Shown piece after piece: positions 49,386-58,998 of a DNA stretch of 64,000 nt. The notes beneath the pieces are model-generated. The model did no database searches. It had not been told where the DNA came from and worked only from the letters and a program-made list of their open reading frames with translations. Position 1 is the stretch's first letter; the number at the start of each line of letters is the position of its first letter. A program made the translations under genes and the position numbers. The stretch is from an uncultured delta proteobacterium (GTDB lineage: Bacteria; Desulfobacterota; Binatia; Binatales; Binataceae). The DNA lies in the NCBI GenBank assembly GCA_963808235.1, contig CAWEEQ010000001.1:256001-320000 (forward strand). Reading direction: 5' to 3'.

Positions 49386-50750
49386 ATGATCGCCGCCGTC
49401 GAAGGCTTCCTTAGCCAGTCCGGGCCCTGGGCGCTGGTCGCAATCTTTGTGGTCATTGCGCTGGAGTCGTGCGCCTTTCTGGTGGTCTTCCCCGGCGAAT
49501 CGCTTGCTCTGATCGCCGGCGCAATGGCCGCCGATGAATTCTTCTCACCGTGGACTGCGTTCGCAACGGTGGCCTGCGCCGCAATCGTCGGCGACCTGAC
49601 TGGCTTTACGCTCGGCCGCTACCGAGGCCAGGCGGTGCTGGCGCGATTGGCCTTTGCGCGGCGCCAATATGAAAAGCATCGCGAGCGCCTCGAGCACTAT
49701 TTCGATTACTGGGGCAGCGCGACGGTGTTTGTCGGCCGCTTCGTCGCAGTCGGGCGCGCTTTCGTTCCATTTGCGGCGGGTCTGTCAGGGATGCGTCCGC
49801 GCAGGTTCGTCCCGACGGCTTTGGCCGCAGGGCTGGTATGGGCTTCCCTAACCGTCGGGCTTGGCTACACGCTGGGCTCCAACTGGAGGCTCGTCGAGAA
49901 ATGGCTCAAGTCGCTGGCCGCCGGAATTATCGCCGTGGCGATCCTGACCGCTCTCATGGCCGTACTGTGGCGATCTGTCGCCCGGCGCCAAACGACGATC
50001 ATCGGATGGTGGCATCGACATCTAACCGGTCGTTACGGTTTCGATCTGACTCCTTTTGTGAATTTCGTTCGTGCCCGTCTCTCGCCGCGCGGCTACCTGG
50101 GTCTCCATCTGACGGTTGGACTGATCGCGCTGGCATCGCTGGCGTGGCTATTCGGCGGTATTGTCGACCTTATCTCGGAAGAGAACGCGATGGGTGGACT
50201 CGACGGGACGGTGGCGATGATTGTCGCAGGCATCCGCACTTCGAGGCTCGACTCGGCCGTCGGCGTAATCGCCGAGCTGGCCAATCCGCTCTGGCTGGTC
50301 CTGATCGTCGGAGTTGGTGCGATCGCTTATGCCCGCCGTCGTGACGCGAGCCTGGCTATTGTGGCGCTGCCATTTCTGGGCGGCGCATATGCGGTCGCAT
50401 ACGGCCTGCAAGCCATGTTCGCGCGGCACGCTGCTCATCAACCCGAACTGGTGTTGGTAAATGGGTTTGCAGGCTTTCCCAGCGCGGCGCTGACAGCGTC
50501 GACGGCCGCATACGGGATGCTTTGCTACATGCTCGCGGCTGGGACCCGAAGCTGGGGTCTGCAAACACTAAGCGTGGTTGGGGCACTTTACATCGTGGCA
50601 CTGATCGCGTTGGCGGGTATCTATTCAGGATTGGCGGTGAGCGCGATTATCGGGGGTTTTGCGCTCGGTGGATGCTGGGCGGTGATCTGTGTGACTGGAA
50701 GCCGCACCTACTATCGATTGCGCGACTCGAGCGTCGCATCCGATCGCTGA
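49386..50750 (+). CDS. DedA family protein fused to a degenerate PAP2-like domain
   Basis: Motifs LES...FPGES, GDLTGFTLGR and FVGRFV...FAAG, then C-terminal TM segments with GFPS. Confidence 0.85.
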   Translation: MIAAVEGFLSQSGPWALVAIFVVIALESCAFLVVFPGESLALIAGAMAADEFFSPWTAFATVACAAIVGDLTGFTLGRYRGQAVLARLAFARRQYEKHRERLEHYFDYWGSATVFVGRFVAVGRAFVPFAAGLSGMRPRRFVPTALAAGLVWASLTVGLGYTLGSNWRLVEKWLKSLAAGIIAVAILTALMAVLWRSVARRQTTIIGWWHRHLTGRYGFDLTPFVNFVRARLSPRGYLGLHLTVGLIALASLAWLFGGIVDLISEENAMGGLDGTVAMIVAGIRTSRLDSAVGVIAELANPLWLVLIVGVGAIAYARRRDASLAIVALPFLGGAYAVAYGLQAMFARHAAHQPELVLVNGFAGFPSAALTASTAAYGMLCYMLAAGTRSWGLQTLSVVGALYIVALIALAGIYSGLAVSAIIGGFALGGCWAVICVTGSRTYYRLRDSSVASDR

Positions 50751-51228
50751 GTTGATCCGCGCGGCACAATCCCAATAGTCACTTTTTTGTCATCGCAGTC
50801 GCCAAGCGGCAATGCGATGTCGCTTGCCGCTGACTCGATGTCGCGGAATACATCTGCGACGCTTTGCTCTGTCACCGTTACTTACCTTCTGATCACCTGA
50901 ATTCTCCTTCCTCCAATCACTTACCGCGCGAAGATCCGCACACCTTCACAGGGCACGGACCTTGCGTTTGTAGTGTTCGGCGCAAACTCGCGGCGGTCGG
51001 AGAAAAGTTTCCTTCGCTAGCAGAGTACTCGCCTAGCTCGACAAAAAAGGTACCTGTGATGACACTCAGTCTGCTTACAGCTTTTCTCGTGGCAAGCCTC
51101 GCCATCCTCGACGCGATGACTCATTTGATCGAAGTCCGCACCGATGACCAACGGCACGACCTTAAGCATCCCGGACGATCAAATGTCTCCGGCCGCATAG
51201 TCAGGAAGTGAGAAAGGGAATGAACTCT

Positions 51229-53525
51229 ATGGCAACGAAACACACAGTCACGATGAAGCTCAAGGTCGTAGTTAGTAGGATATCGATCGTACTACTACTG
51301 CTACTGCTATGCGTTGGTGGACGCGCAGAGGCGCAAACGATCGAGGCTGCTGATGCGGCGTCGCAGAAGTATCTGAAGGTCGTTTCTTCGAATCCCGCCG
51401 CTGATGAAACCAACGTTTTTACTGATACGACGGTCCTGGTGACTTTCAACATTCAGTTGCGTTGTAAAACAGTCAACAAAAGCACCTTCAAGGTGTTCGG
51501 ACCGGACAAAACAACTCGGGTGGCTGGAACGCTAGCTTGCGACGGCGATTCCGTGACCTTTACGCCATCGGAAAATCTCGCGCCCGAAAGCAAGTATATT
51601 GTGAAGATCAGCTGCGACTTGACCGCCACCAATGGCCAGTATTTGAACACCACGCAGTTCTATTTCAGGACCGGTATGGGCGTCAGACCTCCGTTTACGC
51701 CCACTCCAACTCCGACACCCACTCCGACGCCAACTCCCACTCCAACTGCACACCGCAACTGCGACTGCCACCGCAACTGCGACTGCCACCGCAACTGCGA
51801 CTGCCACCACTACGGCTACGGCCACTACCACAGCAACCCCCACCGCCACTCCCACTGCAGTTGCTCCCACCGTGGTTTCGACTGATCCACCGATCCTCGG
51901 ATGCGGCGGACAAGGAATGCCGATCAATCAGAAGATCACCGCGACCTTTAGCGAAGCGATGAACTCCGCAACTATCCTCGCGCCCGGCACCTTCACGGTG
52001 ACAGGGCCTGGCGTGACTCCTGTACCAGGAATCGTCACCTACGATGCGACCAACAATATCGCGATCTTCGCGCCGACCGGAGGTAACTTCGCAGTCAGCA
52101 CCACCTTTACCGCCACAATCACCACCGCGGCGCAGAGCTTTCCGGGAGGCCTGCCGCTGGCGAGTAACTACACATGGAATTTCACGACTAGCTCGGGCAC
52201 AGATACGACCGCGCCATCGGTGACCATCACAAATCCCGCTGATACCGTCACCGGCGTGGCCACCAACCAGAAAATCACGGCTGCTTTCAACGAAGGGATG
52301 GACTCCACAACCATCAATGCTCTGACGTTTACCTTGACAGGTCCGGGACGCAACGCCCGTCCTGGGCACCGTGACTTACGCCACGATTGGAGCCACGGCG
52401 ACGTTCACGCCGAGCAGCGACTTGCTAACCGGCGTATTGTATACCGCGAGCATCACAACCGGAGCCCAGGATCTCGCAGGGAACCCGTTAGCGTTGGCAT
52501 TTACCTGGAGCTTCACCACCGGCGCCGGCCCTGACAGCGTCGCGCCGATGGTCGATTCGACGGTCCCAGCTAATGGTGCGTCAGACGTGTCTCTCACCAC
52601 GGGAATCAACGCGACTTTCAGCAAAGCGATGGATGTCGCAACTATCAACGCTTCGACCTTCCAGGTGACGGTAGCGCCCGGCGCGACCGTTGTAACAGGC
52701 AAAGTCACCTACGATTCGGCCGCGGATACCGCGACCTTTACTCCTGCCGCGCCGCTTGCGATTGGCGGCAGCTATACTGCGACGATTACAACCGGGGCCA
52801 CTGACTTGGAGGGCAATGCGCTCGCAAGTAACTTTGTATGGATCTTCCAAGCCGGTTCAAGTTCGGGACTCTCGCCGATAAACTTGGGTGCGGCCACCAA
52901 TTTCGCGGTCCTCGCTCAGGCCACGGTAACCAATGCCGTCAATGCCGGCGGAACAGTCGTAAACGGCGACCTTGGTCTCACCCCTGGTAGTTCAGTAACG
53001 GGCTTCCCGCCGGGAGTCGTGAACGGCACGATTCAGATCGACAACCCTCCCGCGGTCGCGGCGCTAGCCGACTTGATGACCGCCTACGGCGACGCCGCCG
53101 GGCTGTCTGGACCGACGATAATCGCGGAAAATCTGGCAAGTCTGCCGCTTCCTCTTCCGCCGGGACTCTACGCGTCAAGTGCCAACTCGTTCGAGATAAC
53201 CGGTGGGAATCTCGTGCTCGACGCACAAGGCGACCGAAATGCGGTCTGGGTTTTCCAGATGACTGCGTCCACCCTCACGTTAACCAGTCCAAGCTGCAAC
53301 GTTGTGCTCATTAACGGTGCGCAGGCTTCTAACATCTTCTGGCAGGTTGGCAGCTCAGCGACTATCGGAGCTGGCTGCATCCTTCAAGGAAACGTACTTG
53401 CCGACACCTCAATCTCGTTGGTGGCCGGTGCAACGTTGAACGGACGGGCGCTCGCTGGCGCCGTCGCTCCAAGTGGCGCCGTTACCATGGACTCCAACCA
53501 GGTGAATACGCCTGCCTGCAACTGA
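51229..53525 (+). CDS. Secreted Ig-like (Big_5-type, 4 domains) plus DUF3494 ice-binding-domain protein, two apparent +1 frameshifts
   Basis: Signal peptide, PT/AT linker, repeated P.V.ST.P...I.ATFS..M...TI domains, and C-terminal NLGAATNFAVLA, GDLGLTPG, LVLDAQGD, NIFWQVGSSAT. Frameshifts near 51750 and 52349. Confidence 0.85.
51700..51860 (+). repeat. Low-complexity Pro-Thr/Ala-Thr linker with 18-bp tandem units ACTGCGACTGCCACCGCA
   Basis: Seen directly. Confidence 0.8.
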
Positions 53526-53532
53526 CTCTTGA

Positions 53533-53573
53533 TGGGCATCAAGCGGGCGTCCAAATGTCCCGCTTGATGCCCA
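53533..53573. terminator. 15-bp-stem hairpin after the ice-binding gene
   Basis: TGGGCATCAAGCGGG-N11-CCCGCTTGATGCCCA. There is no clear U-tract. Confidence 0.55.
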
Positions 53574-53683
53574 CGCTTCGAAAATACCTGCGACTTCACG
53601 CCCGTCCAGTCCCAAGGGATTGCGAAAAATCGACCGCCGTACTAACGACGACTCTGGAATTGTCGTTTGCCGGAGTGTCGTTT

Positions 53684-54901
53684 ATGCCAACGGATGGAAT
53701 CTTATCGGGGATCAGGGTGATCGACTGCGGTACTTATATCGCCGGGCCCGCCTCGGCCACGGTGATGTCGGATTTTGGCGCGGAGGTTTTCAAGATCGAA
53801 CGCCCGCAGGGCGGAGATCTGTTCCGACTCTTTGCGGATTTGCCCGGCAGTCCAAAATCGGAACTGAACTATTGCTGGATACTCACCGGGCGAAACAAAA
53901 AAAGCGTCGCGCTCGATCTCGCCGATCCTGACGGACGCGAAGCTCTCATCCGGCTGGTCAAAACCGCCGATGTCTTCGTGACCAACTATCAAGCTCAACT
54001 CCTGGAGAAGTTTCGCCTGACCTGGGACGACTTGAGCGCAATCAACCCGCGCCTCATCTTCGCCCATATCACCGGCTACGGCGAAACTGGTGATGATGCG
54101 GACTTGCCTGCGTTCGACGCGCTCGCTTACTGGGCGCGTTCGGGTCTGATGACCAGCGTTACCGGGCGCGACGGAACGCCTTCGGGTCCGCGGCCGGGAA
54201 TCGGCGACCATCCGACCGCGATGGCGCTGTTCGGCGCGATCATGCTCGGACTGTACAACCGCGAACGCACTGGGCGCGGCTCGAAAGTTAACACTTCGCT
54301 GCTCGCGAGCGGCGCGTGGGCGCATGGATGCGATCTGCAGGCGCAGATGTTCGGCGCGGAATTTCCGCAACTGAAGGGACCTCATCCGATAAATCCGCTT
54401 TCATCGGGATATATAACGCGCGACGGAAAATTATTTCTGCTCGTGCAACTCGATCCCGAGCACGAATTTCCGCGCCTGTGCAAAATGCTCGGCGCGCCCG
54501 AGCTCGCCACCGATCCCATGTTTGCGACCGGCGAAAGCCGCACCGAGCACGCGGCCGAGCTATCCGCGATTCTGCAATCTCAATTCGAATCGAAGGATAT
54601 CGCGGATTGGCGAAAGGCGTTTCGGGAATACGATATAAAGTGGTCGTTACTGCCGATGATCGATGACGTCGTCGACGATCCGCAGATGCGCGCCGCCGGC
54701 GCGTTCGTCGAGCTCGAATATCCGGGGCATGGCACGATCGAGACGATCAACAGCCCCGTATTCGTGTCTGGGGCCGAGAAGCGAAAGCCCACAGCTGCGC
54801 CGGAAGTCGGGGCGCACACTCGCGAGGTCTTGCGTGAACTCGGATACGACGACGAATTGATCGACGCGATGGTGCGTCGCGGTATCGCCGCCTGCGCCTG
54901 A
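53684..54901 (+). CDS. CoA-transferase family III (CaiB/BaiF)
   Basis: Motifs IAGPASATVMSDFGAEVFKIE, RNKKSVALDL, ITGYG, AFD and APEVGAHT. Confidence 0.92.
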   Translation: MPTDGILSGIRVIDCGTYIAGPASATVMSDFGAEVFKIERPQGGDLFRLFADLPGSPKSELNYCWILTGRNKKSVALDLADPDGREALIRLVKTADVFVTNYQAQLLEKFRLTWDDLSAINPRLIFAHITGYGETGDDADLPAFDALAYWARSGLMTSVTGRDGTPSGPRPGIGDHPTAMALFGAIMLGLYNRERTGRGSKVNTSLLASGAWAHGCDLQAQMFGAEFPQLKGPHPINPLSSGYITRDGKLFLLVQLDPEHEFPRLCKMLGAPELATDPMFATGESRTEHAAELSAILQSQFESKDIADWRKAFREYDIKWSLLPMIDDVVDDPQMRAAGAFVELEYPGHGTIETINSPVFVSGAEKRKPTAAPEVGAHTREVLRELGYDDELIDAMVRRGIAACA

Positions 54902-54916
54902 CGACCAGACCGGCGG

Positions 54917-55784
54917 CTACACCTTGGTCGCGCGCTGAATCCAGTTGAGCAGGTCGTTCAAGACCTCGTCGCGGTTCGTTTCGTTCAGCATCTCGTGGCG
55001 ACCTTGCGGGTAATACTTCTCGGTGATGTTCCGCGATACCGGCCGCGCGATATCGCTCGGCCAACGGTTTCAGCCATTCGAGATTGTGATTAATCGGGTC
55101 CTTGTCGCCGGCAAAAATGTAGATCGGAAGATTTGAACGGATTTTCGACAGCTCAGCCGGATCGACCAATCGTCTTGCCGCCGCCGCCATCGTCTCCATA
55201 GCCCGTTTGTTAATTCCGAAACCGCAAAGCTTATCGGCGACGTACGCATCGACGATCGCGGGATCGCGGCTCAGCCAATCGTACGGAGTTCGTGCTGGTT
55301 CGAACGCCTGGTTGAACGCGGTCAAGTCGGCCTCTCTTGACGGATCTATCCCGAGCTTATCGACTGACGCCGAGCCCGATAGCACCAAGCCCGCGATAGC
55401 CGCGCTGTTGTCGAGTACATATTGCTGCGCGGCGAACGATCCCATGCTGTGGCCGAGCAGGATCACTGGCAGGCCGCCTTCACGCGTGCGCGCGAGCTTC
55501 GTCACCATCACAAGATCAGCGACCAGCCCGTTCCAGCCGAGCGCGCCAAAGTCGCCGAGTGATTCGACGCCCTTGGCCGTGCGTCCGTGCCCTCGATGGT
55601 CGCTCGCGTAGACATGGTATCCCGCTCGATTCAGAAATTCGGCGACGTGCGCATAGCGGAGCGCGTGCTCACCCATGCCATGAGCAATTTGGACGATTCC
55701 CGCCGCGCGCGACGGCGCCCGCCATCTATAGTAGGCAACTTCCAGTCCGTCACTGCTCGAAAAGGAAAAGTCCTCGCGGCTCAT
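54917..55784 (-). CDS. Alpha/beta hydrolase (lysophospholipase/monoacylglycerol lipase-like), one apparent +1 frameshift
   Basis: Motifs HGMGEH, DHRGHG, GHSMGS and GDKDP. The C-terminus GRHEMLNETNRDEV lies in the next frame after about 55031. Confidence 0.88.
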
Positions 55785-55901
55785 AAGAGTATCGCTCCGG
55801 TTTCTGAAGTTACTTCGACCTCGGTCGTGCGATCAAATGCTCGCGTAAGGCGTCGCGCGAGTCTTTTGCGGTCGCATCGAGAATCGCGATAGTAATAGCT
55901 G

Positions 55902-56312
55902 ATGCCGACGAGGAAACACCCGACAAAAGATCCGACATACCAGGCGGGACTGGCGGTTCGGCGTCGCGTCCTCGGCGAGGCGCATGTAAAGCGTTCGTTG
56001 GAAAATGCCACCGCGTTCGACAGAGATTTTCAGGAATTGGTGACCCGTCACGCATGGGGCGACATCTGGACGCGACCTGGCCTCGATCATAGAACGCGCA
56101 GCCTCATTACGATTGCGATACTCGCGACGCTCGGCCGGAATGAGGAGCTCGATTTGCACGTGCGCGCAACGCGTAACACCGGCGCTACTCCCGATGAGAT
56201 AAAGGAAGTCTTGATGCAGGTCGCAATCTACGCGGGTGTGCCGGCGGCCAACTCCGCATTCCGAATTGCAAAAGCGGCGCTCGCAGAAATTGCAAAGGAA
56301 GATCCGAGATGA
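55902..56312 (+). CDS. pcaC: 4-carboxymuconolactone decarboxylase
   Basis: Motifs GLAVRRRVLGEAHV, AWGDIWTRPGL and AIYAGVPAAN. Confidence 0.93.
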   Translation: MPTRKHPTKDPTYQAGLAVRRRVLGEAHVKRSLENATAFDRDFQELVTRHAWGDIWTRPGLDHRTRSLITIAILATLGRNEELDLHVRATRNTGATPDEIKEVLMQVAIYAGVPAANSAFRIAKAALAEIAKEDPR

Positions 56313-57014
56313 GCACGCCGGTCGGCTATCGGCGCGCGTCGGCCGGTGTTGATCCGCCGCTGCGATCATCGCGCATATGCGAGCACTCACAAACGAGCGC
56401 CGCGGCATCAACCAATAAAAATAGAACACACGCTGTCCGAGATCACCGGACCGCGATTTGCGCGCGACACCTTAAGCCGGGGCGACGACGACTTGACCCT
56501 CTTTGCCGGAGGCGAAGCGCTCGGCGAACGTATAATCGTGACGGGACGCGTGCTCGACGAAGACGGCCGCGCGATTTCAGAGAGTCTCATCGAGATTTGG
56601 CAGGCAAACGCGGCGGGTCGCTATGCTCATGACAGCGACCAACACGAAGCACCGCTCGATCCGCATTTCTCCGGAATCGGCAAAGTGATGACCGACGAGC
56701 ACGGAGCATATCGCTTTCTGACTGTGAAGCCCGGCGCATATCCGTGGCGCAATCACTACAATGCGTGGCGGCCGCAGCATATTCATTTCAGTCTCTTCGG
56801 ACCGGGCTTTGCGACCCGGCTCATTACGCAAATGTATTTCCCCGGCGATCCTCTGCTTGCGCTCGACCCAATCTTCAACAGCATTCCCGACGCGGCCGCG
56901 CGACAGCGCCTGGTAGCCGCATTTGATATTGAAGTTACTATTCCCGAGCATGCACTCGGATATCGTTTTGACTTGGTGTTGCGAGGACGCGAAGCAACTC
57001 CGGCGCAAAGTTGA
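56309..57014 (+). CDS. pcaH: Protocatechuate 3,4-dioxygenase beta subunit, one apparent +1 frameshift near 56363
   Basis: Motifs TLSEITGP, GERIIVTGRV, WQANAAGRY, PGAYPWRNH, WRPQHIHFS and TQMYF. Confidence 0.93.
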
Positions 57015-57023
57015 AAAGCTGAA

Positions 57024-57596
57024 ATGTCCCGGTCGCAAACGCCATCGCAGACAATTGGCCCGTTTTTCAAGTCGTCGCTAATCAGATCGGGCGCTGCGAG
57101 CCTTGCACGACCCGGAACACGTGGCGAGCGGATGGTGATCTTCGGACACGTTCTGGACGGTGACGGAGCGCCGGTCGACGATGCGATGGTGGAAATCTGG
57201 CAGGCGAATGCCGATGGTCGATATGATCATCCTGAAGACCTGCAGGAGAAGCTCGTCGACCCCCACTTCCATGGATTCGGTCGTGCCGCTACCGACCAGC
57301 ATGGCTGTTTCCGATTCGACACGATCAAGCCCGGCCGGCTTCCGGGAGTTGGCGATGTACTGCAAGCGCCGCACATCAATGTTTCAGTTTTTGCGCGCGG
57401 TCTCCTGAAACGGCTCGCAACCCGAATCTATTTTCCCGGCGAACCGTCGAACTCTACCGATGCCGTCTTGAATGCCGTACCGATTGCGCGTCGTTCAACG
57501 CTGATAGCGAGCCTCGAGAGCACGTCTGCGCAGCTGATGTTGAGATTCGACATAGTGTTGCAAGGCGAGAACGAGACCGTATTTTTCGACGTCTGA
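57024..57596 (+). CDS. pcaG: Protocatechuate 3,4-dioxygenase alpha subunit
   Basis: Motifs TPSQTIGPF, QAPHINVSVFARG, TRIYF and LQGENETVFFDV. Confidence 0.95.
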   Translation: MSRSQTPSQTIGPFFKSSLIRSGAASLARPGTRGERMVIFGHVLDGDGAPVDDAMVEIWQANADGRYDHPEDLQEKLVDPHFHGFGRAATDQHGCFRFDTIKPGRLPGVGDVLQAPHINVSVFARGLLKRLATRIYFPGEPSNSTDAVLNAVPIARRSTLIASLESTSAQLMLRFDIVLQGENETVFFDV

Positions 57597-57613
57597 ATTC
57601 GCGGAGCGACAGC

Positions 57614-58969
57614 ATGAGCATCAATCCTGCGGACTCTGCGATCTTTGGCGCGCTCTACGGCACGGACGAAATCCGGGAGCTCTTTTCGGATCGAACTCAT
57701 CTTCAATTTATGCTCGACGTTGAAGCTGCATTGGCGCGCGCTGAGGCGAAGCTGGGCTTGGTCCCTGCGGCGGTGGCGAAAGCGATTACCGACTCCGCAC
57801 GTGTGGAAAATCTTCAGCTCGATTACGTAGCCGACAGTACTCGGCGAGTCGGCTATCCGGTCGCGGCCATCGTCAAAGAACTTGGCCGAGTGGCAGGCGC
57901 TGAAGCGGCCCGATTCATCCATCTTGGTGCAACGACTCAGGATATTTTGGACACCGCGATCGTCCTGCAACTCCGCAGCGCCTTCGCCATCCTGCGCCGC
58001 GATATACTGGCGCTGGCGCGAAGTCTTGCGACGCGCGCCGTTCGTTATCGTGACACCCCGATGGCGGGGCGGACCCATCTGCAGCACGCGGTTCCCATTA
58101 CATTTGGTTTCAAGTGCGCGGTATGGGCATCACCGCTAATCGCGCATATAGAACGTTTGGACCAGGCGGCGCGGAGAATTCTCGTCGTGCAATTCGGCGG
58201 CGCGGCCGGCACGCTTGCGGCGCTCGGCGCGAACGGAGCTGGGGTTGTCGAAGGGCTCGCGCAGGAACTCGCACTCGGCGTTCCGGTTATCGCGTGGCAC
58301 GCTCAGCGCGATCGTTTCGCCGAGATGAGCACGCTACTCGGTCTCGTTTGCGGAAGCTTGTCGAAATTCGCTTTCGACGTATCTCTAATGATGCAGACTG
58401 AGGTCGCTGAAATATCGGAGCCGCACGAAGACGGTCGCGGTGGCTCGACGACGATGCCGCAAAAGCGCAATCCGATTGCGAGCGAGTACATCCTGGCCGC
58501 TAAGCGTGCAGTGCACGCACTGGTCCCGGTCATGCTCGGCGCGATGACCTCGGACCACGAGCGCTCGACCGGTCCTTGGCAGACCGAGGCGCTCGCGTTG
58601 CCGCAATGCGTCGCGCTGACCGCCGGCGCATTGAGTCATGCTCTTACGATTGACGAAGGGATGACCGTTGATGTCGAGCGGATGCGTCGCAACCTCGATC
58701 TAACCGATGGATTGATCATGGCCGAGTCGGTAACGACCGCGCTGATTCCCGCTATCGGCCGTGCCGCGGCGGAGACGGCAGTTGCGCAAGCGTGCAATCG
58801 GGCCATCGAGAATCGCACTTCGCTCGCGGCTGCGTTACGCGACGATCCCGAATTGCGGCCGTTTCTGACAGACACCGAGATCGAACGGCTGATGGACCCG
58901 TCAACGTACCTCGGATCAGCGGGCACATTCGTGGACAGGGTTGTCACACAGATCACCTCGATCACGTAG
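57614..58969 (+). CDS. pcaB: 3-carboxy-cis,cis-muconate cycloisomerase
   Basis: Motifs HLGATTQDILDT, GRTHLQHA, QFGGAAGT, GGSTTMPQKRNP and DHERS. Supported by the pca context. Confidence 0.9.
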   Translation: MSINPADSAIFGALYGTDEIRELFSDRTHLQFMLDVEAALARAEAKLGLVPAAVAKAITDSARVENLQLDYVADSTRRVGYPVAAIVKELGRVAGAEAARFIHLGATTQDILDTAIVLQLRSAFAILRRDILALARSLATRAVRYRDTPMAGRTHLQHAVPITFGFKCAVWASPLIAHIERLDQAARRILVVQFGGAAGTLAALGANGAGVVEGLAQELALGVPVIAWHAQRDRFAEMSTLLGLVCGSLSKFAFDVSLMMQTEVAEISEPHEDGRGGSTTMPQKRNPIASEYILAAKRAVHALVPVMLGAMTSDHERSTGPWQTEALALPQCVALTAGALSHALTIDEGMTVDVERMRRNLDLTDGLIMAESVTTALIPAIGRAAAETAVAQACNRAIENRTSLAAALRDDPELRPFLTDTEIERLMDPSTYLGSAGTFVDRVVTQITSIT

Positions 58970-58998
58970 GCGAGTCAGCAACTGTCATGGAGGTTGCA

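Noticed and set aside
50864-51211. 115-aa ORF between DedA and the ice-binding gene
   Set aside because: No ribosome-binding site, motif or typical composition. The 480-bp spacer remains unexplained.
51720-51885. Apparent His/Cys metal-binding tail HRNCDCHRNCDC in ORF 51208-51885
   Set aside because: It is an off-frame reading of the Thr/Ala linker after a +1 insertion. The true frame continues into Ig domains.
53644-53682. CGAC...GTCG repeats upstream of the CoA-transferase as a second WYL site
   Set aside because: The spacing is not N7 and the arms are imperfect.
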